Assembly: GCA_038087875.1 (NCBI GenBank)
Contig: CM075999.1
Location: forward strand, 1,924,001-1,988,000
Length of the DNA: 64,000 nucleotides
Origin: Malacoraja senta
Lineage: Eukaryota
Direction: 5' to 3'
Shown here: piece after piece, positions 41,481 through 54,479 of the stretch
Layout of the letters: each line of letters begins with the position of its first letter
Position numbering within the stretch: the stretch's first letter is position 1
Translations under genes and position numbers: made by a program
The notes under the pieces: model-generated
Database searches by the model: none
What the model saw: the letters and a program-made list of their open reading frames with translations, nothing else
Told to the model about the DNA's origin: nothing

Positions 41481-42554
41481 ACGCCCAGGAACTTGAATCT
41501 GTTGCCTCTCTCCACACAATGAAGTCAACTAATACCAGACCAATATCCTCTTGGTTTCTGACCTGTAGTTGTAATTGATCCATTTATGACAGCCAAACCT
41601 TAGTATTGTTTTGATGTTTTTAAAAACAAAAACCTATCAGCCACTCATTTCTAGAAACAAGGAACTGCAGATGCTGTTTTTTTAAATACACAAAACGACA
41701 AAGTGCTGGAGTAACTTAGCAGGTCAGGCAGCATCTCTGGAGAACATGGATAGGTGACATTTCAGGTTGGAATGAAGAGTCCGAAGGGTCCTGATCTAAT
41801 TGGTCATCTAGCCACAATCTCCAGAGATGCTGCCTGACCCGCTGAGTTACTCCAGCATTTTGTGCAGTCACTTATTTCTATGGTCCATAGGATGTGGCAA
41901 AACTATCGGCCAGTGTAAAGTGCCAAGTATCATTGACAGAGGCAATGGCTTCACAGGGTCAGAGCAAACAACAAATCAGCAGCTACCCACCTCCACTCCC
42001 ACACTCAGTTTCCTTGTTCACTTCCAGCATCTCCTGTAGAGTCCCAAAGCTTTGCTTAGTTAAGATTGACACAAAATGCTGGAGGAACTCAGCGGGACAG
42101 GCAGCATCTCTGGAAGGAATGGGTGACATTTCGGGTCGAGACCTTTATTCAGAGATGCTGCCTGTCCCACTGAGTTACTCCAGCATTTTGTGTCTCGTTG
42201 GTTTAAACCAGCATCTGCAGTTCCTTCTTCCACACTTCACCTAATGCTGACAGATTGTTCACAGAAGATGACAAGGCCAAAGGAGGCTGAGAGGGTTGTC
42301 CTATCAAGAGAGGGTGACATTTGGACATGTTGTCCTTGAAGGTTAGAAGGCAAATAATATCGTAAGGGGGCTTGACAGAGTAGATGTTCAGATGTTTCCA
42401 CTGGTGCAAGAGTTACAAAGGGTCATAACTGCAAAATAAGGGGGCGATTCAAAACTGGAAAGTGTATTCATTTAGTTTAGTTTAGTTTAGAGATACAGCG
42501 CGGAACAGGCCCTTCGGCCTACCGAGTCCGCACCGACCAGCAATCCCCGCACAC

Positions 42555-45500
42555 GAGGGTAAAGCAGTGGAAGAGGACCAGAGGAAGCAGCTGATTGGGT
42601 GCAACCCCAGGTTTGCATTTCTGCTTCAGGTTAAAGGTTCAGTGAGTTGAGGGTCTGTGAGTTGAGGGTTCAGTGAGTTGAGGGTTCAGTGAGTGAGGGT
42701 TCAGTGAGTTGAGGGTTCTGTGAGTTGAGGGTTCAGTGAGTTGAGGGTTCAGTGAGTTGAGGGTTCAGTGAGTTGAGGGTTCAGTGAGTTGAGGGTTCAG
42801 TGAGTTGAGGGTTCAGTGAGTTGAGGGTTCAGTGAGGTTGAGGGTTCAGTGAGTTGAGGGTTCAGTGAGTTGAGGGTTCAGTGAGGTTGAGGGTTCAGTG
42901 AGTTGAGGGTTCTGTGAGTAAGGGCACAGTATTTATTAGTAAAGGTACAGTTTAAAGGATAAAGATTTTTATAGTGTGAGGGAGTTGATTTAATTTGGGA
43001 GTAAGCTATGTCAGTGGAGATTGGCCCCGTGGTTTGCTCTGCCTGCAACATGTGGGAGATCAGGGATATGGTTGGTGTCCCTGGTGACTACGTTTGCAGG
43101 AAGTGTGTCCACCTGCAGCTCCTGGCAGACCACATTGAACGATTGGAGCTGCGGTTGGATTCATACTGGAGCATCCACGATGCTGAGAAAGTCGTGAGTA
43201 GTACGTACAGTGAGTTGGTCACACCGCAGGTAAAAGGTAAGCAGACAGAAAGGGAACGGGTGGCCATTAGCCAGCGTGGCAGTAGGCAGGTAGTGCAGGA
43301 GTCCCCTGCGGTCATCTCCCTCCTAAACAGATATACCATTTTGGATAGTGTTGGGGAGATGGCTCATCAGGGGAAGGCAGCAGCAGCCAAGTTCATGGCA
43401 CCATGGGTGGCTCTGCTGCACAGGAGGGAGAAAAAAGAGTGGAAGGACAATAGTAATAGGGGGATTCCATTGTAAGGGGAATAGATAGGCATTTCTGCGG
43501 CCGCAAACGAGACTCCAGGATGGTATGTTGCCTCCTGGTGCAAGGGTCAGGGATGTCACTGAATGGGGGGGGGGGGGGGGGGGGGCTGCAGAACATTCTG
43601 GAGGGGGAGGGTGAACAGCCAGTTGTCGTGGTGCACATTGGCACCAACGATATAGGTAAAAAAAGGGATGAGGTCCTACAAGGTGAATTTAGGGAGCTGG
43701 GAGATAAACTTAAAAGAAGGACCTCAAAGTAATAATCTCTGGATTACTACCAGTGCCACGGGCTAGTCAGAGTAGAAATAGGAGGATATTGCAGATGAAT
43801 ACGTGGCTTGAAAAATGTTGCAAGGGGGAGGGATTCAAATTTCTAGGGCATTGGAACCAGTTCTGGGGGAGGTGGGACCAGTACAAACAGGACGGTCTGC
43901 ACCTGGGCTGGAATGGAACCAATGTCCTTGGGGGAGTGTTTGCTAGTGCTGTCGGGCAGGATTTAAACTAATGTGGCAGGGGGGTGGGTGCAAGAGCAAA
44001 GAGGCAGAGGGGTGTAAAATGAGGGTAGAAGCAATAGGTAGCAAGGTGAAAAGTAAAAGTGGCAGGCAGACAAATCCAGGGCAAAAATCAAAAAGGGCCA
44101 CTTTTCAACATAATTGCATAAGGGGTAAGAGTGTTGTAAAAACAAGCCTGAAGGCTTTGTATCTTAATGCAAGGAGCATTCGTAATAAGGTGGATGAGTT
44201 GAATGTGCAGATAGTTATTAATGAATATGATATAGTTGGGATCATGGAGACATGGCTCCAGGGTGACCAAGGCTGGGAGCTGAACATCCAGGGATATTCA
44301 ATATTCAGGAGGGATAGACAGAAAGGAAAAGGAGGCGGGGTAGCGTTGCTGGTTAGAGAGGAGATTAACGCAATAGAAAGGAAGGACATTAGCTTGGAGG
44401 ATGTGGAATCGATATGGGTAGAGCTGCGAAACACTAAGGGGCAGAAAACGCTAGTGGGAGTTGTGTACAGGCCACCTAACAGTAGTAGTGGAGTTGGGGA
44501 TGGTATCAAAGGAAATTAGAAACACGTGCAACAAAGGTAAAACAGTTATAATGGGTGACTTCAATCTACATATAGATTGGGTGAATCAAATTGGCAGGGG
44601 TGCTGAGGAAGAGGATTTCTTGGAATGTATGCGGGATAGTTTTCTAAACCAACATGTAGAGGAACCAACGAGAGAGCAGGCTATTCTAGACTGGGTATTG
44701 AGTAATGAGGAAGGGTTAGTTAGCAGTCTTGTTGTGCGTGGCCCCTTGGGCAAGAGTGACCATAATATGGTTGAGTTCTTCATTAGGATGGAGAGTGACA
44801 TTGTTAATTCAGAAACAAGGGTCCTGAACTTAAAGAAAGGTGACTTTGAGGGTATGAGACGTGAATTGGCCAAGATAGACTGGCAAATGATTCTTAAAGG
44901 GTTGACGGTGGATATGCAATGGAAGGCATTTAAAAACTGCATGGATGAACTACAACAATTGTTCATCCCAGTTTGGCAAAAGAATAAATCGGGGAAGGTA
45001 GTGCATCCGTGGATAACAAGGGAAATCAGGGATGGTATCAAAACAAAAGATGAAGCGTACAAATTAGCCAGAAAAAGCAGCCTACCAGAGGACTGGGAGA
45101 AATTCAGAGTCCAGCAGAGGAGGACAAAAGGCTTAATTAGGAAATGGAAAATAGATTATGAAAGAAAACTGGCAGGGAACATAAAAACTGACTGCAAAAG
45201 TGTTTATAGATATGTGAAGAGGAAAAGATTAGTTAAAACAAATGTAGGTCCCTTGCAGTCAGAAACAGGCAAATTGATTATGGGGAACAAGGACATGGCA
45301 GACCAATTGAATAACTACTTTGGTTCTGTCTTCACTAAGGAAGACATAAATAATCTGCCAGAAATAGCAGGGGACCGGGGGTTAAATGAGATGGAGGAAC
45401 AGAGTGAAATCCAGGTTAGCCAGGAAGTGGTGTTAGGTAAATTGAATGGATTAAAGGCCGATAAATACCCAGGGCCAGATAAGTTGCATCCCAGAGTACG

Positions 45501-47040
45501 TAAGGAAGTAGCCGCAGAAATAGTGGATGCATTAGTGATAATTTTTCAAAACTCTTTAGATTCTGGAGTAGTTCCTGAGGACTGGAGGGTAGCTAATGTA
45601 ACCCCCCTTTTTTAAAAGGGAGGGAGAAAACGGGGAATTACAGACCAGTTAGTCTAACATCGGTGGTGGGGAAAATTCTGGAGTCAGTTATTAAAGATGG
45701 GATAGCAGCAAATTTGGAAAGTGGTGAATTAATTGGACAAAGTCAGCATGGATTTATGAAAGGTAAATCATGTCTGACGAATCTTATAGAATTTTTCGAG
45801 GATGTAACTAGCAGAGTGGATAAGGGAGAACCAGTGGATGTGTTATATCTGGACTTTCAGAAGCCTTTCGACAAGGTCCCACATAAGAGATTAGTATGCA
45901 AACTTAAAGCACACGGTATTGGGGGTTCAGTATTGATGTGGATAGAGAACTGGCTGGCAAACAGGAAGCAAAGAGTAGGAGTAAACGGGTCCTTTTCAGA
46001 ATGGCAGGCAGTGACTAGTGGGGTACTGCAAGGCTCAGTGCTGGGACCCCAGCTATTTACAATATATATTAATGATCTGGATGAGGGAATTGAATGCAAC
46101 ATCTCCAAGTTTGCGGATGACACGAAGCTGGGGGGCAGTGTTAGCTGTGAGGAGGATGCTAGGAGGCTGCAAGGTGACTTGGATAGGTTGGGTGAGTGGG
46201 CAAATGCATGGCAGATGCAGTATAATGTGGCTAAATGTGAGGTTATCCACTTTGGTGGCAAAAACAGGAAAGTAGACTATTATCTGAATGGTGGCCGATT
46301 AGGAAAAGGGGAGATATAACGAGACTTGGGTGTCATGGTACACCAATCATTGAAAGTAGGCATGCAGGTGCAGCAGGCAGTGAAGAAAGCAAATGGCATG
46401 TTAGCATTCATAGCAAAAGGATTTGAGTATAAGAGCAGGGAGGTTCTACTGCAGTTGTACAGGGTCTTGGTGAGACCACACCTGGAGTATTGCGTACAGT
46501 TTTGTTCTCCTAATCTAAGGAAAAACATTCTTGCCATAGAGGGAGTACAGAGAAGGTTCACCAGACTGATTCCTGGGATGGCAGGACTTTCATATGAAGA
46601 AAGACTGGTTAGACTCGGCTTGTACACGCTAGAATTTAGAAGATTGAGGGGGGATCTTATAGAAACTTACAAAATTCTTAAGGGGTTGGACAGGCTAGAT
46701 GCAGGAAGATTATTCCCGATGTTGGGGAAGTCCAGAACTAGGGGTCACAGTTTAAGTATAAGAGGGAAGTCTTTTAGGACCGAGATGAGAAAATCATTTT
46801 TTACACAGAGTGGTGAATCTCTGGAATTCTCTGCCACAGAAGGTAGTTGAGGCCAGTTCATTGGCTATATTTAAGAGGGAGTTATATGTGGCCCTTGTGG
46901 CTAAAGGGATCAAGGGGTATGGAGAGAAGGCAGGGATGGGATACTGAGTTGGATGATCAGCCATGATCATATCGAATGGCGGTGAAGGCTCGAAGGGCCG
47001 AATGGCCTACTCCTGCACCTATTTTCTATGTTTCTATGTT
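42555..47040 (+). mobile_element. Near full-length CR1-clade LINE (ORF1 zinc finger + SGNH esterase; ORF2 APE + RT), disrupted
   Basis: CxxC...CxxC, VVHIGTND and DGLHL in ORF1; YLNARSI, GDFN, SDH in APE; QGSVLGP and FADD in RT; (TTTCTATG)n tail; several frameshifts. Confidence 0.95.
42636..42920 (+). repeat. 16-bp tandem repeat GAGGGTTCAGTGAGTT (about 17 copies) in the CR1 5' UTR
   Basis: Directly visible, near-perfect, no spacers. Confidence 0.95.
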
Positions 47041-48235
47041 GTCTATATGGACTTCAGTAAGGCCTTTGACAAGGTTCCGCATGGAAGGTTGGTTAAGAAG
47101 ATTCAATTGTTGGGTATTAATGGTGGAGTAGCAAGATGGATTCAACAGTGGCTGAATGGGAGATGCCAGAGAGTAATGGTGGATGGCTGTTTGTCAGGTT
47201 GGAGGCCGGTGACTAGTGGGGTGCCTCAGGGGTCTGTGTTGGGTCCACTGTTGTTTGTCATGTACATCAATGATCTGGATGATGGTGTGGAAAATTGGAT
47301 TAGTAAGTATGCAGATGATACTAAGATAGGTGGTGTTGTGGATAATGAAGTAGATTTTCAAAGTCTACAGAGAGATTTAGGCCATTTGGAAGAGTGGGCT
47401 GAAAGATGGCAGATGGAGTTTAATGCTGATAAATGTGAGGTGCTACATCTCGGCAAGACAAATCAAAATAGGACGTACATGGTAAATGGTAGCTAATTGA
47501 GGAATGCAGTTGAACAGAGGGATCTAGGAATAACTGTGCATAGTTCCCTGAAGGTGGAATCTCATGTAGATAGGGTGGTAAAGAAAGCTTTTGGTGTGCT
47601 GGCCTTTATAAATCAGAGCATTGAATATAGAAGTTGGGATGTAATGTTAAAATTGTACAAGGCATTGGTGAGGCCAATTCTGGAGTATGGAGTACAATTT
47701 TGGTCGCCTAATTATAGGAAGGATGTCAACAAAATAGAGAGAGTACAGAGGAGATTTACTAGAATGTTGCCTGGGTTTCAGCAACTAAGTTACAGAGAAA
47801 GGTTGAACAAGTTAGGTCTTTATTCTTTGGAGCGCAGAAGGTTAAGAGGGGACTTGATAGAGGTCTTTAAAATTATGAGCGGGTTAGAGAGTTGACGTGG
47901 ATAAGCTTTTCCCATTGAGAGTAGGGAAGATTCAAACAAGGGGACATGACTTGAGAATTAAGGGACAGAAGTTTAGGGGTAACATTAGGGGGAACTTCTT
48001 TACTCAGAGAGTGGTAGCTGTGTGGAATGAGTGGAAGTGGTGGAGGCAGGTTCGATTTTATCCTTTAAAAATAGATTGGATGGGTATATGGACGGGAAAG
48101 GAATGGAGGGTTATGGTCTGAGTGCAGGTAGATGGGACTAGGGGGAAGTAAAAAAAGAGGGGAAAAAAGTGTTCGGCACGAACTTGAAGGGCCGAGATGG
48201 CCTGTTTCCGTGCTGTAATGGTTATATATGGTTAT
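47041..48235 (+). mobile_element. 5'-truncated CR1 LINE of a second subfamily
   Basis: [31 protein letters not shown]-type tail; near-identical 3' copy at about 14235..14632. Confidence 0.92.
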
Positions 48236-50244
48236 TAACACTACCCTACACCCATTAGGGACAATTAAAAAAAAACATTTACCAGGCCAATTAACCTACA
48301 AACCTGTACGTCTTTGGAGTGTGGGAGGAACAACAGAAGATCTCGGAGAAAACTCACGCAGATCACAGGGAGAACGTACAAAGTCCGTACAGACAGAACC
48401 CGGGTCTCCGGCGCTGCCTTCGCTGTAAGGCAGCGCCTCTACCGCTGCGCCACCGTGACCGCTCTCAGGTGATGAAGCTGTGCAGGTTGGAGATTAGATT
48501 ATTAGATGTTCATAAGTCATAGGAGCAGAATCAGGCCATTCAGCCCATCGGCAATCCACTCCGCCATTCAATCATGGCTGATCTATCTTTCCCTCTCAAC
48601 CCCATTCTCTTGCCTCTTCCCCATTAGGAAATGATGGAATTTATACTCGAGCAGACTTTATCTAGATTTTTCTGAATGTTCTACACACCCACTACCACCT
48701 TTTGTGTGAAAAGGTTACCTCTCAGATTCCTAGTAAATCCTTTCCCCTTCACCTTAAACCTATGTCCTCAGGTCCCCGATTCCCCTACTCTGGGCACGAG
48801 ACTCTCTGCATCTACCTGATCTATTCCCCTCGTGATTATGTACACCTCTATAAGATTTCCCCTCAAGGAGGGGGTGATGAGGAGGGAGTTAGTGAGACGA
48901 GCATTGATCTGATCTCTCTCTCTTGCTATTGAGGGAGCTCAGCGTAGGTTCTCGTGATTTTATACACCTCCGTAAGATCACCATCATCCTTCTGCATTCG
49001 AAGAATCCTAGCCTGCTCAACCTCCCCCTATAGCTCAGATCCTCTAGTCCTGGAAACCTCCTCGCAAATCTTCTCTTTACCCTTTCCAGCTTGGAAATGT
49101 ACCATCATTGGTTTAAACTGCTGACCCTTGCTGAAATCATGGCACGTGTACCTTGAACAGGTGGCAGTGGCATGCTCAGGCTATCTTTAATTGGACTTTA
49201 TCTTGCACAATACGTTATTCCCTTTATCATGCATATGTACACTGTGGAAGGCTCGATTGTAATCATGTAGTCATTCCACTGACTGGATAGCACACAGTGG
49301 CTTTTCACTGTACCTCGGTACACGTAACAATAAACTAATGCTCCCTATCCCAGCTGTGCACCTATTCCATGAAATCTGGTGCTTTCAGTCAGAGAGGGTA
49401 GGAAAGCCATAGTCTGATGAACACATTCCTCCAGAACACCACTTTATTTAAATGTTAATTAAGCAAAGGCCCATTTCATTCAACAGCAAGCTAAACAGCC
49501 ATTCAACAGCGTTTCATGATGTAGAAGATCACACACTAGTTTACCTTTGGTGCAATGCAGACACAGGAACTGTAGTTGCTGGTTCATCAAAAAAAGACAC
49601 AAAGTGCTAGAGTAACTCAGCAGGCTAGGCAGCCGCACTCGAGAAGCCAGATGACGTTTTGGGTTGAGACTCTTCTTCAGACTGATTGTAGTGGGAAGTG
49701 GATGGAAGAATGTGGAATAGATCTGGAAAGCCAGGCGAGTGATAGGCGGACACAGGTGTGGGGGTCCTACCATCTCCATCAATCAGTCAGAAGAAGGGTC
49801 CCAACCCCTAACATCACCCAACCATGTTCTCCAGAGATGCTACCTGACCCGCAGAGTTACTTCAGCACTTTGTGTCTTTATTTGTAAACCAGCATCTGCA
49901 GTTCCTCGTGTCCACTTGTTGTACAGACTCATATACAAACACCTTAGATTACAGGAAAATTACATTGGTTATCGTGTAAATCCTGGTCAAGCAAAAATTA
50001 AAAATACAAAATATCAGTTAGTGTCCAACCCAGTAGATGATCTAATTTGCAGTGATTACGGCTCTTGAAGTTTTATAGAACCAAAACCAATAAATCAGGG
50101 TTTGTAGAACTGGTAAGCTCACAAAGCAAAAGGTGTCATCGAATCTTTATTGATATGCATACAGTACCTCCACACATGATTATAGACAGTGCATTACTTG
50201 ACGCCATGATTGAGTTTCTGTTGCCACACGACACAATGAGAAGC

Positions 50245-50398
50245 CTAGTCGTCCGGGTCATCGTTGTGCCTCAGTTTCTTGATCTGGCTCTTGCGGCGTT
50301 TGACCTCATCCTGCAAGCGCTGGATCTCCCTCTCCTGGAGATGAATCTCCTCCTGGTGATGCTTCCGCAGGTTTTCAATCTGATCCCTTTCCTTCTCC
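50245..50398 (-). CDS. atp5if1: atp5if1 exon 3
   Basis: [50 protein letters not shown]. Confidence 0.93.
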
Positions 50399-53300
50399 CT
50401 GCAAATTATAATTACACAAAGTCAGCCTCGTTCATTGGCCAATGCCCTCAACACTTATTTAATGAAGCCCGAAGATGGGATAAAACAGTGTTGCCATCTT
50501 TTCCTTGCGAGGAAATGTCAAAGACTGCAGGGCCTAGCGTTAAGTTAAGAGGGGCAAAGTTTAAAGGGGATGATGGGTGTTGCTAAGAGTGTCATAGATT
50601 GGCTATAGAGGCAGATACAACAGAGATATTGAAGAGGCTATTAGGCATATGAATATGCAGGGCTGGGGCAGAACACGAATGGCACCTGTGGAATAAGTCA
50701 ATCTGTTTAACTGATCAAGTACACAGAACAGAAGTACAGTCAAGTACTTCCTCCCCTCCCCCCACTCACCATCAACAACACCACAGTCACATCTGTGGGG
50801 TCATTTAAGTTCCTTGGAACCATCACCTCCAGGGACCTTAAATGGGTGACCACCATCGACTCCACAGTCAAAAAGGCCCAACAGAGGATGTACTTCCTGT
50901 GGCAGCTGAGAAAACACAATCTGCTACAGGCAATGATGGTCCAGTTATATACGGCCATCATAGAGTCTGTCCTCACCTTCTCCATCATGGTCTGGTTTGG
51001 CTCAGCCACCAAGCACCAGCCATCCGGAGGCTGCAGTGCATCGTTCAATCAGCCGAGAAGGTTGTTGGCTGCAACCTTTCCCCCCATCGACGAACTGTAC
51101 ACTGCAAGGGCCAGGAAGCGAGCGGGTAAGATCATCTCTGACCCCTCTCACCCTGGCCACAAAGTCTTGGAAGCACTTCCCTCTGCAAGGCGACTCCGGA
51201 TTGTCAAAGCCGCCACAGCCAGACATAAACACAGCTTTTTTTCCCCACGAGCAATAGCTCTACTCAACAACCAAACGTATGTAGCCTCCTTTTGCTCTGG
51301 TATTTTATTTCATTCTTCACATGTTTAAATTATGTTTTAGTCTTAATTGTTCACTGTATATCGTGTCGTTACTTGCGAGCAAAGCACCAAGGCAAATTCC
51401 TTAGATGTATACATACTTGACTAATAAAATGTATTCAATTCAATTCAACTATGAAGTAACAGACTTGAGCAGATATTTAGCCTATCTTCATTTCCTTTCG
51501 TTCTTATGAACAATGGGAATTAGGTAGTTCCTGAAACAATCATAAAACCTTTCGAAGAAAATATTAATCGCATGGAAATAACAACCTACCTACTTTTATC
51601 CCAAAAATTGAAAACCAATATTACTCTTTGTTCTAGGTATGTTACAATACTTACCTTCAATGACGCTGCAATTCTGCCACTGGCCGTGTGCGCGATTTTG
51701 GTGCCTTTAAGGGGGGGGGCGGGCTTAAAACGCGGGTTTCTCCTACCTTGTCCTGAATTATATTTAGTTGGAGTACAAGCGTTTGCTGAAAAATCGTTCC
51801 TAGGGGCGTTTTGTGAATTTTTTATTTTTATTAAATCGACAATGTCAGCGCTGGTCATTTTAAAATCAGCTCCTGAAGCCGTCAACTCCGATAACGGGGA
51901 CGGATTTCACGCACGGGACAGGTAAACGAAAGTGGTTTATTTTAATGTATAAGTGCTTCTTAAGAAGCCTTTAATTCACATTTTTTCATGCGAAACGGTG
52001 ATTTTATTCCCCGAACTAACGGCAGTATTTTTCATGCCGATGCGGGGTTAAATTCACCACAAATGAACGTTCCAAAAGATCGCGTTCCAGAAATCCTCAC
52101 TCACAAGATGATTTAAATGCCCATTAATTTACAGGTATTAAACATTCAATTCCTTCCATTTGGCCTGTAAATTCATGACAATGAGATTTAAAAATTATGT
52201 TATATTTTGAATTCTTGTGTGAATGTTATTTGGACACTTAGGCTTCTTTTTAAAATGTTAATCTATTCTTAAGAAATTGATAGATGTTTAGATCTAGTAA
52301 TTTAATTTTGTAATTAGCTACAATTAGGTAATTAACTAATTATATGCTTTAATTTCATGTCTTCTAAGTAAGATTGTTTCATATGTGTTTCAGAATGGTT
52401 CAATCTATAATAACTGAAAATTTCTTTCAGTTCTTTTAATTTTTAAGAAAGTTATGGGCTTTTGACTGTCCTCGATCACAGCTTTTGTGTTAAGTCAATG
52501 GAAAAGCAATAGGGAACAAGATGCTCATTTCCGAGTATGAAAATGGCCATAACTTTTTTAATACTGAAGATATGAAAGTGAATTAGGTGTCAAATTAAAC
52601 TTCTTTTTATGCTTTATCTGATGGGATAAATTGCAGACTTTATTTTTAAAATCTCAAAATTTTGTAACATTGCTATTTGTTATCAGTATCATGGAGCACA
52701 AACAAAAATGCTTTATTATTGTACAACCAATCACTTCACACCATCAAGATTACATTTAAGTACAAAACAAAGCTAAACACTAATTCCTCAATACAGGCAC
52801 ATTTTAAGTAGTTATAAATAAGTTATACGTTTCAGGGAATTTCCTCTCCCTATTCCAGAATTCCTGATTTAGTTGGGTGAATTAAAAGCTTTAAATATAA
52901 AATACTCAACTACCCAGGATATTAATGGCAAGTCAAAGGTTCATTTATTGTCACATACACCAATTGGTGTAAATTCGAGTTGCCATTGCAGCACATTAAT
53001 AATACAACATAACATTATAAAATAATTTAACATTAAACATAAAAACATCTACCCCCCCCACAATGGTTCCCACTGTGAGGGAAGGCACAAAGTCCAGTCC
53101 CCATCCCCTTGTCCACCCATAGTCAGAGGGGACAATGATAGATGGCAGCGCTCACACACGATTCAGACTTACTTGAAGTATCTTTCTTCCAAAGCAGCTT
53201 GCCTGGTGCCAAATGCACCGCCTGCCTCTCTGATCGATCCACCACCACCGCCGCCCTTCCCAGCTCCCTTTCCCAGCTCTCCCAGCTGTAACAAAATGGC

Positions 53301-54341
53301 TGTATTAGAGACATGCACACAACATGAGCAAAGGATCCGGATCCCCTCACCCCTGCCAAATGTTCTGTTGAATCTGTCAAACTGCCTCCCACCATCCATC
53401 CAGCAGAACCCTTCCCCTATTCTATTTTATTTCAGGGCCCCTTCCCTTCCCTCCTCTCTGATTCTCTCTCCCACCCCTTCCCCTCTCCACCCCCAAAACC
53501 TCCTCTCCCCCTTCACCTCCACTCACCACTCACCTCCCCCCTCCCATCCACTGTATCCTAATTCCCCTCCCCTCCCCACACCCTCCATTGCCAGGCCCGT
53601 CTCTGTCTCCCCTTCCCTGCGTCACATAGATACATAGAAAATAGGTGCAGGAGTAGGCCATTCGGCCCTTCGAGCCTGCACCGCCATTCAATATGATCAT
53701 GGCTGATCATCCAACTCAGTATTCCGTACCTGCCTTCTCTCCATACCCTCTGATCCCTTTAGCCACAAGGGCCACATCTAACTCCCTCTTAAATATAGCC
53801 AATGAACTGGCCTCAACTACCCTCTGTGGCAGAGAGTTCCAGAGATTCACCACTCTCTTGTGAAAAAGTTTTTCCTCATCTCGGTCTTAAAGGATTTCCC
53901 CCTTATCCTTAAGCTGTGACCCCTTGTCCTGGACTTCCCCAACATCGGGAACAATCTTCCTGCATCTAGCCTGTCCAACCCCATAAGAATGTTGTACGTT
54001 TCTATAAGATCCCCTCTCAATCTCCTAAATTCTAGCGAGTACAAGCCAAGTCACTGTGTCTGTCTGCCTCCCTCCCTCCCTCCCTCCACACCTCTCCCCT
54101 CCACACCTCCCCACCCCAACTCCCCTCCATTGCCAGCAAAGATATTTGCCAGGCCCGACTCTGCCCCTCCCCCTCCTCCCTCAATCTTTCTACCCCCCTC
54201 CCCCTCAGTCTCCCCCCCCCTCCATCCCCCTCCTCTCCCAGTCTCTCCCCGGCCACGGCTGACCTGGCTGCTGTCTCCGTAGCGACGGATATGTGGTGCA
54301 AGGGCCGCCCGCACTGAGCGCACCGCCCGCGCCATGGTCAT
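50245..54341 (-). CDS. atp5if1: Mitochondrial ATP synthase inhibitory factor 1 (114 aa; 112 aa from the second ATG at 54335)
   Basis: join(54264..54341,53173..53285,50245..50398). Arg/Ala-rich presequence, [16 protein letters not shown] inhibitory segment, coiled coil LRKHHQEEI...EIQRLQ; AATAAA at 50146..50151. Confidence 0.93.
50745..51450 (+). mobile_element. Rex1/Babar-type LINE 3' fragment in atp5if1 intron 2
   Basis: Same family as 3050..3965; KAQQRMYFL...; ATTCA tail. Confidence 0.88.
51634..52675. mobile_element. Non-autonomous DNA transposon-like element, about 1 kb
   Basis: Imperfect TIR TAGGTATGTTACAA ... TTGTAACATTGCTA; CpG-rich left third, AT-rich right part. Confidence 0.6.
53173..53285 (-). 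CDS. atp5if1: atp5if1 exon 2
   Basis: [37 protein letters not shown], 113 nt, donor gtaagt. Confidence 0.93.
53626..54050 (-). mobile_element. CR1 3' fragment in atp5if1 intron 1
   Basis: [16 protein letters not shown]...TRGHSL; reverse-complement TTTCTATG tail. Confidence 0.9.
54264..54341 (-). CDS. atp5if1: atp5if1 exon 1
   Basis: [26 protein letters not shown]|gtcagc. Confidence 0.85.
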
Positions 54342-54479
54342 AGCAATGGCCGCTCCGTGTCCTTGCCGCGACCGGATAGCGGCACCCCAGCACGTGACGA
54401 GGGGGGGGAGTGGTGCTGGGAGCGCTCAGCTTGGGCCCCGCCCTCTCCCCAGGCCCAGCCCATCATACCCCGCCCCCTC

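Noticed and set aside
42636..42920. CRISPR-like array
   Set aside because: No unique spacers, vertebrate DNA, and it lies inside a LINE.
42555..47040. Active autonomous LINE
   Set aside because: Both ORFs carry multiple frameshifts or stops as assembled, although some sit at homopolymers and could be consensus errors.
50065..50586. 173-aa plus-strand ORF
   Set aside because: Antisense to atp5if1 exon 3 and runs into a LINE remnant.
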